A stretch of 64,000 nucleotides of DNA from Raja brachyura (lineage: Eukaryota), in NCBI GenBank assembly GCA_963514005.1, contig OY740788.1, positions 16,926,001-16,990,000 on the forward strand. Reading direction: 5' to 3'. Of this stretch, positions 51,151 through 63,090 are shown piece by piece (position 1 is the stretch's first letter; every line of letters begins with the position of its first letter). The position numbers and the translations under genes were made by a program. Under the pieces are notes generated by a model that saw only the letters and a program-made list of their open reading frames with translations, was not told the origin of the DNA and did not search any database.

Positions 51151-52827
51151 GAGCCCCCCGCAATCAGCGCTATGGGCGGCCCGATGCTCAGGCCCTCTTG
51201 CCGGGATGATGGAACTCCGACGTCGGAATGGAAGAACACCCTCAGTGGCTTGAACTTCCGAATCGGCCACTTCCTACCGGATACCGTGGCCTCCGAAGTC
51301 CAGAGGCTGAGCTGGGCGGAGATTCAAGCTGGCGGACCTCGGCAAAGGGATCCCAGGGCTCCGCGATGTTGAAATCACGCGACCCGAGGCTGGGAGCTCC
51401 ACATACCACAGCTGATATTGAAGCAGCAGGCCCACCACTCCGGAGCTTCAAACAGCGATCCAGGTAAGGCATCGCTCGCTCCGCGGTGAATCCAATATGT
51501 ATTTTAAAACCAACTGTTTAATGACATATACAGTATAATCTAAACGTGTCACACTGTCACTGTCAGGTAGTCATGGTCCTCTAGTCATGGGTGTGGGGGA
51601 TTGGGGGGGGGGGGGGGGGGGCTCACAAGTGAAATAGCCTAGGACCTCTCTTCATCTAAATCCTGCCCTGACTGTGGTGTATCTTTTCTGTCTGACCATG
51701 CTGCAGACCATTTCTGCTTGGAAATGCAGCACATCTTGAATCCTAAACTCTAAGCCGCATAGAGGGTAACGTATCAATCGAGTGATGTTTATCTTCACTT
51801 TAATGCTTTCTGTCTCTTGCATCACCTGGAAAAGTTTCACTTTATGGTGTGGTGAGCTTGTGGTGAACAGAAGGGGTGTAACGTAAAAGATAAAAAGGGT
51901 GATTTAAAAAGAAAGGTTCACATCATGGGATGATGAGCACATGGACAAGTGGTTCAGATATAAACACACTGTAATACCTACAGTTTCCAAGAGACTGCTG
52001 GCGACAGAAATCTGCAACAGCTGCTTCAGTTACGGTAGACAGTCTTCAACCTTGGATGCAACTCAGCTAAACTGCTTCCTTTACTTGTGTTACTCTGATC
52101 TGGGGTTAAGGAGTAATTGTGCAATATGAGTGTCATGCAATGTGCTTCATTGATGTTTCTTAGTTGTATATCTGGCATTGTGTGCGAGCATTAAGTTGGG
52201 AGCCTTGTGACTTGTGAAAAAAAACTGAGAGTGTGGTGAATTGTATAAATATCAGATATGATTCATGATCAGACAAGGGTTTGTGATTAGGAGGTTAGCA
52301 TTGGCAGTCTGGTGCCTGAGGCTAAAGGTACCTTTGGTCAATTAGTTGGTAGAAGTTGCATACAATGGCTTTATTTAATGAACAAGAATGACCTTTTTGC
52401 ACTCCACATCCGACTCTTCAGAAGTTGCACTGGCTGGCCCAGCCATCTCTCCCACCCCAATGAATGTCTCACCAGGATATATTTTGATCTTGTGCATGAA
52501 AATATAGGATAACTCTCATCATTTTTAGTCTACCAGTGCTGCTGTGTTCCTGAAACTTCAATTCCACACTTAAATTATCACCCAAAGGCAATAGCTACAT
52601 CTCCTTGGGCATGCAGGCTGGCTTTAGCGGATCCTGATCATTCATGAAAGTGGTTTTCGACCTGAAGCAGTAGACTGCTCAACAGCTTACTTAGTTTAGA
52701 TGGCACATAACCTTGTAAATAAGTGAACAGCATGAATTTGTTGTTCTGCCTATATCTGATTTTATCAAATGGAAATGTTCTGGTGCAAGTTTTTATTGTC
52801 TATTTGATTGAGCATCTGTCATCCATT

Positions 52828-53630
52828 GCGGCATGGTGGCGCAGTGGTAGAGTTGGGCGAAGCTGTCCCACTTGGGCGTCCTAATTGGCGAGTTTAGAAG
52901 AGTTTGAAAAAATGACATGTTGAAGACCATGTAGAAGACCTCCTTCGATTACGTTGAAGACCAGCTTCGACTAGCTATGACTAACTTCTGGAAAATTGGA
53001 CACCGAATAGTGGAGAGTGAAGACGACCTCCTCCGATCTCCCTTCGACTATAATGAAGACTATCTACGACTACTTTTGCCTACCCTCGATTACCTATGAC
53101 TAACATGCCGACCTACTACGACCTACTACGACTAAACCTACGAATAAAAAAAGTATCGATTTTTTTCCATGGTGGCCTTTTTTTCCATGGGCATTTTTTA
53201 ACATGTTGAAAAAAACATCACAACCTAGCTGAGGCCTCGAGTACGCGGAGACCACTCTCGAGCATGAAGGAGAGTTACAAAGACCTCTTACGACCTCGTG
53301 TCGACCATACTTCGAGTATGAGCCGAGGGCAAACTCGCCAGAACTCGCGGGTTAGGTCGCCCAAGTCGGACAGGCCCATTATACAGTATCAGAGACCCAG
53401 GTTTGATTCAAGCTACGGGTACTGTCTGTACGTTCTCTGAACTCATCTCCTGCGTGGGTTTTCTACGGGATCTTCGGTTTCATCCCGCTCTCCAAAGACA
53501 CATTTGTAGACTAATTGGCTCGGTAAAATTGTAAATTGTCCCTAGTGTGTGTAAGTAGTGTTTTGGGGATCACTGGTCAGCGTGGACTTGGTGGGCCTGT
53601 TTTCACACCGTATCTCTAAACTAAACTAAA
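52828..53630 (+). mobile_element. tRNA-derived SINE (HE1/V-SINE-like) split by a MITE
   Basis: Head GCGGCATGGTGGCGCAGTGGTAGAGTTG; resumes at about 53380 (ACAGTATCAGAGACCCAGGTTTGATTC); tail TCTCTAAACTAAACTAAA. Confidence 0.9.
52862..53378. mobile_element. PIF/Harbinger-type MITE nested in the SINE head
   Basis: CTGTCCCACTTGGGCG ... CGCCCAAGTCGGACAGGCCC followed by ATTA; interior rich in CGACT/CGACC short repeats. Confidence 0.85.
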
Positions 53631-54519
53631 ATCTTTCGGTGTTGTGCATCAATTAGCTTTGTGTGATGAACTTATGATTACTATTTAAAAAATATATTTG
53701 CATACAGGTCATTTATTGAGCATCTGAATACAGCATTAAGTGATAACCAAGTGTAATAATTTAAATATCAGCTGAGCACTGATCTAAAATACACTGGATA
53801 TTGGGGCACCATTTTTTTTTAAACTGGAGGATCGTGAGGATTTTGGATAGATGGAGACAAGACAAAAGAGCATGATTTTAGCACTGCTGATGTCACGACT
53901 GGGTCTCCTTGAATCCGAATTAAATTATAACAATATATGCAAAATACAACGGTATAATTCTTCCTTGAGAAAGAAAAGCTATTAGAAAGTATTTTCAGGT
54001 TGAAATTCTTTAGTCTGCTCAGACAGTTTATGGAAAGTTAAGCTCAATAACTCCAGACTATATGTACAACAAAAAAGCTTGAAGATTACATGTGATTGTT
54101 TATAGTGTGGGACTCACTAGTTCTGGCAATAATGTATGCATGACCTCAAATAACTCAATAACAAATATAGTACTGTGCTGATCAAAACCCTCTACATCAT
54201 ACCATTTGTGGAAGGCTCCTTTTGTGAAGTGCAGAAAACAATTTGCATACCATAATTGCCATTGGCAAATAGACTCCACATACCCATCAACTACACACTT
54301 GCTCCCAATGGAATTGGAATAAGCTCCAGGAGCCGAGTCTTTTTTTCTGGAATTTTAGGCATTTTCCATGTTCTGTGAAACTGTCTGTTGATGATTTAAG
54401 GGTGAGCAAATATCTTGAATTGATCATTCACAACAATCATACAATGGGTGTGGTGATTCCATCACCTTAAACTGGTAGGTCAAATGTTAACGAGCAGGAT
54501 GTCGCAATATAACAGGGCG

Positions 54520-55270
54520 AGGCTAGTAATTAGTTGCACTTGAGTAGCTTCCACCCTTCTTCGAGAGTTTACATGTATAATTGGTCCGAGTGATGGTCCG
54601 GGCTACATCCACAACCCTCGGCTATTTTTTAGTCTTTGGCAAAGCTGTTCCCAAAACAAACTTTGATGCAACCCAACAGTTTGGTTTCTATGGTGCATCT
54701 GTAGAAGTTTATGAGTCATTGAAAACATACTGAATTTCCTAATTTTCCTGAAGAATTAGAGGTATTGGTGTGCCGTGTTGGCTGTCATTTTGCGACAGAT
54801 CATTGGTAATATTTACTCCAAGGATCTTGATGGTCTCAACAATTTCAGCACCATTGATGTTGATTGGGGCGTGTGCACCCCCATGTTTCCTGAAGTCAAT
54901 AACTAGCTCCTTTGTCTTGCTGACATTTAAGGAGAGGTTGTTGTTCAGGCACTGTGTTATTCTCCATAAGCTTCCTGTGCTCTATCTTGTCATTGCTCAT
55001 GATATGGTCCACCACAGTGGTGTTACCTGCAAACTTGTAGATGGAGTTGGAGCTGGATTTGGCCGCACAGTCATGGGTGCATAGGGGGTGTATTGGGGAA
55101 CTGAGATCGGATCCTTGCACCAGCGTTGAGAATTATTGTGGAGGATGTTTTGTCAGCTATCCTAACTGATTGTGGTCTGTAGGTTAGAACATAGAGGATG
55201 CAGAAGCAGAAGGGATGCTGTCTCCTACGTTTAGAGATGAATTTGGGTGGAGTTATGGTGTTGACGGCAT
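54520..55270 (-). mobile_element. Decayed Rex1/Babar-type RT fragment
   Basis: RPQSVRIADKTSSTIILNAGA and THDCAAKSSSNSIYKFAGNTTVV (degenerate KFADDTTVV). Confidence 0.8.
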
Positions 55271-55397
55271 CTACCATTCCTTTTGCTATTTTTTTTGTTC
55301 CCCACCTTTAACATCTTGATTGCTAGTATTTGATCATGGAAGTAATGTATTTATCCTTCTACCTTTGCTTCTGCCATCTTGTATAACCTGGTTATGG

Positions 55398-55690
55398 GGA
55401 TGGTGCGAGGTGCAGCGGCAGAATTGCTGCCATACCGCACCAGTGACCCGGGTTCACTCCTAACTATGAGTGAAGTATAACTGAGTTTGTACCTTCTCCC
55501 TGTGACCAAATGGGCTTTCTCCAGGTGCTCTGGTTTCCTTCCACACGACAAACACGTATCGGTTTATAGGTTAATTGCCTGCAATAAACAAAAATTGTAA
55601 AGTTTCCCTAGTGTGCAGGATAGTGCTGGTGTACCGGGTGATCGCTGGTCAGCATATTCCACGTTAGCCAAATGGCCCATTCTAAAAGTC
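55398..55690 (+). mobile_element. tRNA-derived SINE (HE1/V-SINE-like)
   Basis: GGTGCAGCGGCAGAATTGCTGCC...GACCCGGGTTCACTCC...TTCTCCCTGTGACC...GGTGCTCTGGTTTCCTTCCACAC. Confidence 0.85.
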
Positions 55691-57159
55691 TTAAAAAAAA
55701 GGTTACCAGTCAGCATTTTATTGGTATTGTACTAAAGCAAGATTTTACTTTGGAGTCACGTGAGTGACCACGTGTAGAAGCCCGCCAGCCCGCATGTGCA
55801 CCAATACGCCTAACGCATGGCGCATGACTGGCTGGGAGGAGCGTCGCACCTCCAGCGGTAAGTTTCAAAAGCCTGCAGGTAAGTTGTAAACTTATTCTCT
55901 GGTTGTATTTTTGGTTGGGGGAAAATCTCTTTTACAGAGTTTTCTGTGGATAAGAATGTCCAGGGTGAAATCCAGATGGGCCGTGGCGAAACCGGCTACG
56001 GAGGACCGCGGGAGTGCGGGTAGCTGGCGGACGTCGGGTTCGCCACCCGAGTCGCTAACAGTGCGGTCAGTGACTTCAGACTTTGGCAACCCCGAAAGGG
56101 GGTAAAGCCAAACGGAGTCTGAGAGGTCTGTGGACTCGGCCGAGTCAGGCCAGGAAGGTTCCCCTCCGACAAACATGGGTAGCTCCAGATGGAGCACGTC
56201 ATGGAGAGGATGCTCCATCATGATATGCGCCGTGAAAAGGAAACATATCAGCACAGGTCTCCTCGGGGGCCTGTGGCAGCACCTGGTCCAGGGCTGCATA
56301 ATGACTCCCACTCTGAGGAGCGGAGCATACGGGGTCAGTATTGGACCGAGTCCGATTTCGGAGGTATGTCTGGGGAACATACCGGGATGCGCGACATACG
56401 TGAGGTTCAGGATGCCTGCCACAGCATCAAGGTTCGCGATACCCTCACAAACAGGGGAGCCGTTGCAGGAAGAGCTAGCTGCCAGCATAAACTACCTCAC
56501 GTCACACCAATTGCAGGAACAGATGATGGTGGAAACAACCACAAAGTACCATACACCTATAAATTGTGCATCCCTGAAAGTGCCGGCAGTGAACAGCTCT
56601 ATCTGGGGTTACATTGGAAGGGGCATTAATGCCCAAGAAATGGAACTCCAAAGAATTGCAGGATGCCCTGGCATTGATGTGTATGCACACTTGAAATTGA
56701 AGGCCAGCAATATCGAACCGCCGAATCTTCTGTTCGGGGAAGATCTACCCAAACAGGTAAAAAACCTGGACAGAGGTCTTTTAGGCCAAGGCCTAAACCG
56801 GCCCTAATGGAAAATGCACAATCCACGCACCCCAGCCTAACCCTCCAAACCTCGAGGGCAGAAATAGAACCCGCATCAGGAGCCTTTGTGCCTACCATAG
56901 GACCACCAGTAACCATGGAGGTAGGTGGGTCTGGTTCTTTCCGGAACATGGGGTGTGTGGACCAGTTACAAGTTTGTGGTAGATTACACTTGTTTTTGCA
57001 TGAATGGCAATGGGTGACATCAGATCCATTTATACTGCACAGTATACAAGGGTTCCAAATTGAATTTCTTCCCAAATTCATTGCCACCCACACAACATAC
57101 CCCAAGCTGGGCATTTGTTCATTCCAAACAAGAAGGTTTGGATATACAAGCAATAAATC

Positions 57160-58640
57160 ACAAAAGAAAGATGGAGGATGTCGGATCATCCTTGATTTAT
57201 CACAACTAACTCTTATGTGCAGAAAAGACATTTCAAAATGGAAAACTTTGTTACTGCCAAACAACTGATTTCCAAAGGATGCTTTATGGCATGCATCGAT
57301 CTCAAAGATGCATACTATTTGGTGCCCATTCACAGGGATCACCGGAGATATTTGAAATTTAGCTGGATGGGGCAACTGTGGCAGTTTAAAGCGTTGCCTA
57401 TGGGTCAACGTCAGCCCAGGTTATTTACCAAGTTATTAAAGCCGGTGCTTAGGCCGCTTAGAGCTCAAAAACACATTGTTATGACATATTTGGATGATTT
57501 TCTCATCATAGGAAAAACACTGAAACTGTCTAAATTAGCTGTTTTCAGCCACAAAACTCATATTTAAGACCTAGAGTCATTAGATATTTGGGGTTTTCCA
57601 TTAACTCTATTAATATGTCTGTGACTCTGCCTTGGGGCAAGAGATTAGAATCAATAGAAGCCTGTAACAGCCTTTTGTTATGACACAGCCATCTATTCAA
57701 CAGGTGACTATTCTAATTGGCAAATTAGTGGCTGTTTTTTCTGGCTGCACAATTTGGTCCTTTGCATTATCAGAATTTACAACGTGCACAGGAGCATGCA
57801 CTCAAATACCATTTAGGTCATTTTAACAGACCTATGCTATTACCAGCTGAAGCTATATCAGAATTACAATGGTGGACGACCAATATTCGGCATTTCTCCA
57901 GTAACATTTTGGTCAGTAAAACTCCAGTTATATTACTAACTGATGCTAGTGCTTAAGGATGAAGAGCTACTTATACCATCCCTAGTTGCAGTGGCAGATG
58001 GGATGTGCATGAGTTATCAAATTCTTCAGCTACATGGTATCAACTACCTGGAGATGCTGGGGGCATTTTATTGGTTAAAATCTTATTGTGGGAATATGCA
58101 TACTCTGCATGTTCTAACTACAGATTGATAACACTACGGCGGTGGCATATATTAATCACATGGGTGGAATCAAGTCAGTATCCTGTGATAATTTAGCTAA
58201 CCTTATTTGGCACTGGTGTATGGTGAAAAGCATTTGGATTTCAGCTACCTACTTGCCGGGTAGGTTTAACATGGTGGTGGACACCAGGTCACGCAAACTC
58301 AATGACAATGCAGAATGGATGTTGGATCACAAAAGTATTTAACTGCATTGTTTGCTCGGTATGGAACACCGGAGGGGCAGTGGCGATGGATGCATTCTCG
58401 CTACACTGGGGAGGAATGTGCTTTTATGCCTTTCCACCAATTTGCCTCATCAGTCGGGTCTTGCAAAAAATCCAGCAAGATTCCGCTTCAGGCATTTTGA
58501 TAGTGCCTGACTGGTCTACGCAGCCATGGTTCCCGCTGATGTTGGGAATGATAATAGAACCTTATATGGTTATTTCAAAAACACAGAAATGTGCTGGTTC
58601 ATCCCGAGACTCGGGAAGCCCACCCTCTGCATAATAGAAT
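57160..58640 (+). pseudogene. DIRS RT - RNase H - methyltransferase-like relic
   Basis: KKDGGCRIILDL, IDLKDAYYLVPI, TYLDD, LTDAS, INYLEM, AYINHMGG, YAFPPI, VPDWSTQPWF; many frameshifts. Confidence 0.9.
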
Positions 58641-58649
58641 CGATTTAGT

Positions 58650-59633
58650 GATTTGAAGACTCTAAAAACACTTGTCCTGAGGCTCGGACTGTCAGATTGA
58701 ACCATGGACGTGATCACTGCAGCTTGCAGAGATAGCATCAAGAAGCAGTACATTTCCTACATCAGGAGATGGGAAGTGTTTTGTTTAAATTCTAATATAA
58801 TGTATAAATACGGCACGAATAATTGACATTTTGGAGTTTCTTTCAAAATTATTCTTTGACAAAGATTAAGATATAGTGCCATTGACTGTGCCAAAAGTGC
58901 CTTGTCAGCATATTGGCTGCTGGGATTGGGACACCACTCTGTCGGGTCTCACCCTCTGATATCCAGATTTATCGAGGGTATCTTTAATACAAACCGTCCC
59001 AGGCCCAGGTACACGGAACATGGGATGTTAACATTGTGTTAACACTACTTCGCCAGTGGGCTCCAGCTACATCCTTATCGTTGGCCTGGCTCACGTATAA
59101 GGTAGTTATGCTCATGGCGCTAGTTTCAGCACAACGCTCCCAGTCGTTGCATAAGCTACGGCTGGACAGAATGGTTATATCTAACTACAAAATAACGTTC
59201 TATGTAATGAGCTAATTAAACATAGCAGACCGGGGGTGTTCGGTCTAAAGCTGGAATTCTGGCATATCCTATGGACCATAGATTGTGTGTTGTCACACAT
59301 ATTCATCAATATTTTAAGTCTACAAAGAACCTTAGAGGCACTGAGCTGGCAATGTTCATTAGCCACACAAAACCACACAAGAGGGTTTCAGTACAGACCA
59401 TCTCCAGATGGTTAAGACATGTATTGGCTTGTGCAGGAGTGAACTCTGATGTTTTTAAATCTCATTCTATCAGGGCTGCAACAACATCAGCAGCGAGGTT
59501 CATGGGGGTTCCGCTGGACCGCATCCTAGCGACAGCAGGATGGTCGAATGAGCAGACTTTCCAAACCTTTTATAATAAACTGATTGCCAGGCCGGGTCCG
59601 TTTGCTAACTCAATTTTAAGTTCTGTTCAATAA
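58650..59633 (+). pseudogene. DIRS tyrosine recombinase relic
   Basis: MLMALVSAQR, KSHSIRAATTS, ATAGWSNEQTFQTFYNK. Confidence 0.9.
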
Positions 59634-60589
59634 TTTCCTTTCCCGGATGTAGAGATCGCTATTATTATTATCATTTGCATCAGCATGTTTTAAATCTATC
59701 TCATGTCTGAATGTGTTATCTTTTCAATGCAGTGTGTGGCATGGACTCGTGTTCGCGGCATGAAATCATAGAGCTTTGAAATCTTCACGTAGTCACTCAC
59801 GTGACTCCAAAGTAAAATAGGAAGATTAAACGAGAACTTACCAGTTTGAAGTTTGATCTTTATTTTATGAGGCGATATGATGAGGGATTACATGCCCTCC
59901 ACTCCCAAACCTTCTCAAAAAAGTCAGCTGGTAGTTCTACTTTCTCGAATCTTCCTATAATCAGTTTAGCAATTGATTTCACACTGCTGCTTTGAAGGTT
60001 GATGCGCATGCGGGCTGGCGGGCTTCTTCACGTAATCCCTCATTGTAACTCCTCATAAAATAAAGATCAAACTTCAAACTGGTAATTTCTCATTTAATCT
60101 TCCTATTATGGCAGGTAGATTTTTCCCTCAGGATGCTGCATGCTTCCCTCTCTGCAGGGCCTAAGGCAGGTTTTCTCTGCTGTCATTAGCAGGCAGCCAG
60201 AAGTTAAAATCTTTCCTATCAGGTAACAATAGAAAACATAAATAAGGAAAATATAAACAAATTGGCCGGAGAAACCTGAAGCACATGGAAACACATATTA
60301 AAATGGTGCTAGTAGGAACTCGCCCCGTTTTCTTGTAGAGCCCGCATGGAATAGCGAACATAATCACAGTTTCGGATGCCAACATTGTGAATTCAGAGAT
60401 TTTTAGCACATTTACACACAAAAAACAAATCTAATTGTTTTAGATGTCCAGAAGGAGCACACTTTTGGCTGCACCATCTCCAATGTGGCAGAAGCTCTTC
60501 AACATTGGTTGCATCATTGGTTCCAGTGGCAGTCCTAAATTGGTTTGCCCTCTGGGAATGAGGATGTGGAAGTGGAGCTGGACCTCCAA

Positions 60590-60726
60590 AGGTGTAGGAA
60601 GGAACTGCGGATGCTGGTTGAAACCGAAGATAGAAACAAACTGCTGGGGTAACTCAGCGGGACAGGCAGCATCTCTGGAGATAAGGAATGGGTAACGTTT
60701 CTGGTTGAAACCCTTCTTCTTCAGAA
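60590..60726 (-). mobile_element. Penelope-like terminal-repeat fragment with degenerate hammerhead
   Basis: Minus strand CTGAAGAAGAAGGGTTTCAACCAGAAACGTTACCCATTCCTTATCTCCAGAGATGCTGCCTGTCCCGCTGAGTTAC. Confidence 0.8.
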
Positions 60727-61821
60727 TTAGACCTCCAAAGGGATCATTGAAATGGTTAATGGTCATGATTCTTCACCACTACAAAAACAGAAGGCTATAC
60801 TGCTAACATTGGACATATGTTGGGGAGGAATCTATGTTGGTTGTCAGTGACAGTCTCCTGACAGCAGCTCAGGCAAAAAGCAGCCACTTCAACTTACATT
60901 CAAGCATACCCTCGAGTCTCTGTCATCAAGGCTTTATTTTCCAGATCAAAAACCATATGAATGGTTTCTGAAGCGTGCATGAGTGCTTCACTGTAAAAGT
61001 GTGCTGCATATTGATTAATGTCACAACTGTGCACCCAGCAGCCTTTGTACGGAAACACATCATGTGCATGAAAAATTATAGAAGATTGAGTTTTTCATCT
61101 TAGTTTCAGCTTAAATTATATCATACAACACATTTAAAAAATGGGTGCCACGTTGATTTTCTAGACGTGTATTTGTTTCTTTATCCTTCAATATCTATGA
61201 TTACAAAATGAAACTTGCAGGGCCTAGGTTTTAATTTATTGAACATTCTGAAATCCATAGTTTAATTCTAAAAGTGGGTTAGGTTTGAAAACCTCCTTAA
61301 AACTTAGGGAATTTTAATGTAATGCAGGGCTTTTTGGAGATCTGGAAAGTTTTGTGGAATTTGTATGACTTTTTCTTTAATTACTGGCTGTCAATTACAT
61401 TCCAATGCCGAATGTGACAGAGAAAAGCCAGCCAGTGCAATTCTTGATGGGAGGCAGCCAATAAACCTGGTCTGGTTTCTTTTGCTGCACTCAGTAAACT
61501 ATGGTGTCAAGATAGTGTCTGACAATTCTGTTTATGGTGCATAGGACAGAGGCCAGGGGTAGAATATTTATTAGAATATTGAGTTTAAAATCTGCAAGCT
61601 TTCTCTGTAATGCTTAATCCCCCTGCATTCTTTACCGTTCAGGAACCATGTTGTGGCCCCAATAATATAAAGCAGGTGTGTTGAATGAACCATGGAATGC
61701 ATTGTGAGCTTGTCTGAAAGATTGTTATCTGCACCGGACCAAGACGACTTCAGTGCTCTGCAACCTATTGCAGGAGCAACTCTATTTATTGCAATTAAAA
61801 CATTCTATTGTAATTGAAATC

Positions 61822-61961
61822 TTTTCCTCCTTGCATATGGCGTGCACAGCCTAAAGTTGTCGGACAACTTTTTCTATTTGATCTTATTTGATTGTGCACG
61901 CCGGGTTGATTGCATTCGTCGAAACAGGGCGGACCACGCGAAGGTTGCAATCTTCCACCCC
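61822..61961 (-). mobile_element. 140-bp SINE-like retro-insertion headed by an HDV-like ribozyme
   Basis: Perfect 10-bp TSD AATTGAAATC (61812-21 and 61962-71); CpG-rich insert in AT-rich flanks; purine-rich 3' tail GCAAGGAGGAAAA. Confidence 0.85.
61908..61961 (-). ncRNA. Minimal HDV-like self-cleaving ribozyme (54 nt)
   Basis: GGGGUGG(P1) AA GAUUGCA(P2) ACC(P3) UUCGCGU(L3) GGU(P3') CCGCCCU(P1') G UUUCGA(minimal P4 linker) CGAA(J4/2, catalytic C) UGCAAUC(P2'). All helices pair, with the G1.U wobble at the cleavage site. Confidence 0.85.
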
Positions 61962-62724
61962 AATTGAAATCAATGGACCATGTGCACTTCCACTGAATCC
62001 AAACGTTCCATGATGCTTTTAGTACGAGAGAGATTATTCTTCAGCTGGGATTGTGCAAATCGATCCGTTTAATGATGACTGTAGTAAAATTAATTACATG
62101 TTTACTGTACAACTATAAATTTAATAACAAATTAAAAATCATATATTTCTTCCAATAGTAAAACTTGTTTTATTTGAGGATGTTGGTTATTATTGGTTAT
62201 TAGGTTGTCCTGCAATAGCTGAGAATTGACACAACGCTGCTAAATTAAACCTATTTATTGTAAGTAACTTGCGAGTTTCTGCATATTTAACGAACCTTCA
62301 AAATATTAACTCTAGTTCATTATAGTTCCCAAGAATGTCTAATGAAGACTAAGAGTTGAATGCTTCAAGATTAAGAAATGGGCCTCCACTAGTTGCTAAT
62401 TTTTCAGAGTTAAAGTAATTGGTGGTGGCATTTGAGAGAAGATGAGGTGGTGTGAACTTGCTTTCTAAAGTGGTTGAAACCCCGACAATATTTAAAATTT
62501 GTTTGGATATGTGTTTGAATAACTGCTTTGCTGGGCTGTGAATCGATTACTGGAAGATGGGAATAAGTTGTATAGCTCTTTGACTAACAAAGATACTGGG
62601 CTGAACTCCTCTCCAGTGCCATACATATTTTATAATGTTGTTATTTATCAGTCTATACTATGCAGGCACACCCCTATGCAGGCTACTTGTGTAAACACGC
62701 ACTTATGTAAACAATCCTTTAAGC

Positions 62725-63090
62725 CCACTGATACCCATGTGGTCTCCGTGTCAGAGTACCCTCCTGGTTTCCGCATTGGAGCTTCCCCTGTGGTCTCCGT
62801 GTCAGATTTCCCCTGTGGTCTCTGGGTCGGAATTCTCCCATGGTTCCTTGGCGGAGCTCCCCCTGTGGTGCCCTCATCAGAGCTCCCCCATGGTCCTCAC
62901 ATTGGAGCTCCCTCATGGTCCCCACATCAGAGCTCCCCCATGGTCCCCACATCGGAGCTCCCCCATGGTCCCCACGTCGGAGTTACCCCATGGTCCGCAC
63001 GTCGGAGTTACCCCATGGTCCGTACGTCGGAGCTCCCCCGTGGTCCCCACATTGGAGCTCCACCCATGGTCCCCACATCAGAGCTTCCCC
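62725..63090. repeat. 25-bp minisatellite (GGAGCTCCCCCATGGTCCCCACATC), about 14 units
   Basis: Direct inspection; units become more diverged toward the left end. Confidence 0.92.

Larger units (their letters stand above)
49943..51670. mobile_element. Non-autonomous hAT-type DNA transposon carrying internal retroelement fragments
   Basis: TIRs CAGGGCCGGATTT / AAATCCTGCCCTG; 8-bp TSD AATGTGGT (49935-42) / ACTGTGGT (51671-78). Confidence 0.82.
55742..60107 (+). mobile_element. DIRS1-type retrotransposon, copy 3
   Basis: Left terminus ATTTTACTTTGGAGTCACGTGAGTGAC; ICR from 59783; right ITR about 60004-60030 with an extension ending AATCTTCCTATT. gag, RT, RNase H, MT and YR relics are present. 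Confidence 0.96.

Noticed and set aside
52828-52860. tRNA gene-like heads here and at the other SINE starts
   Set aside because: They continue into SINE body and tail; there is no complete cloverleaf.
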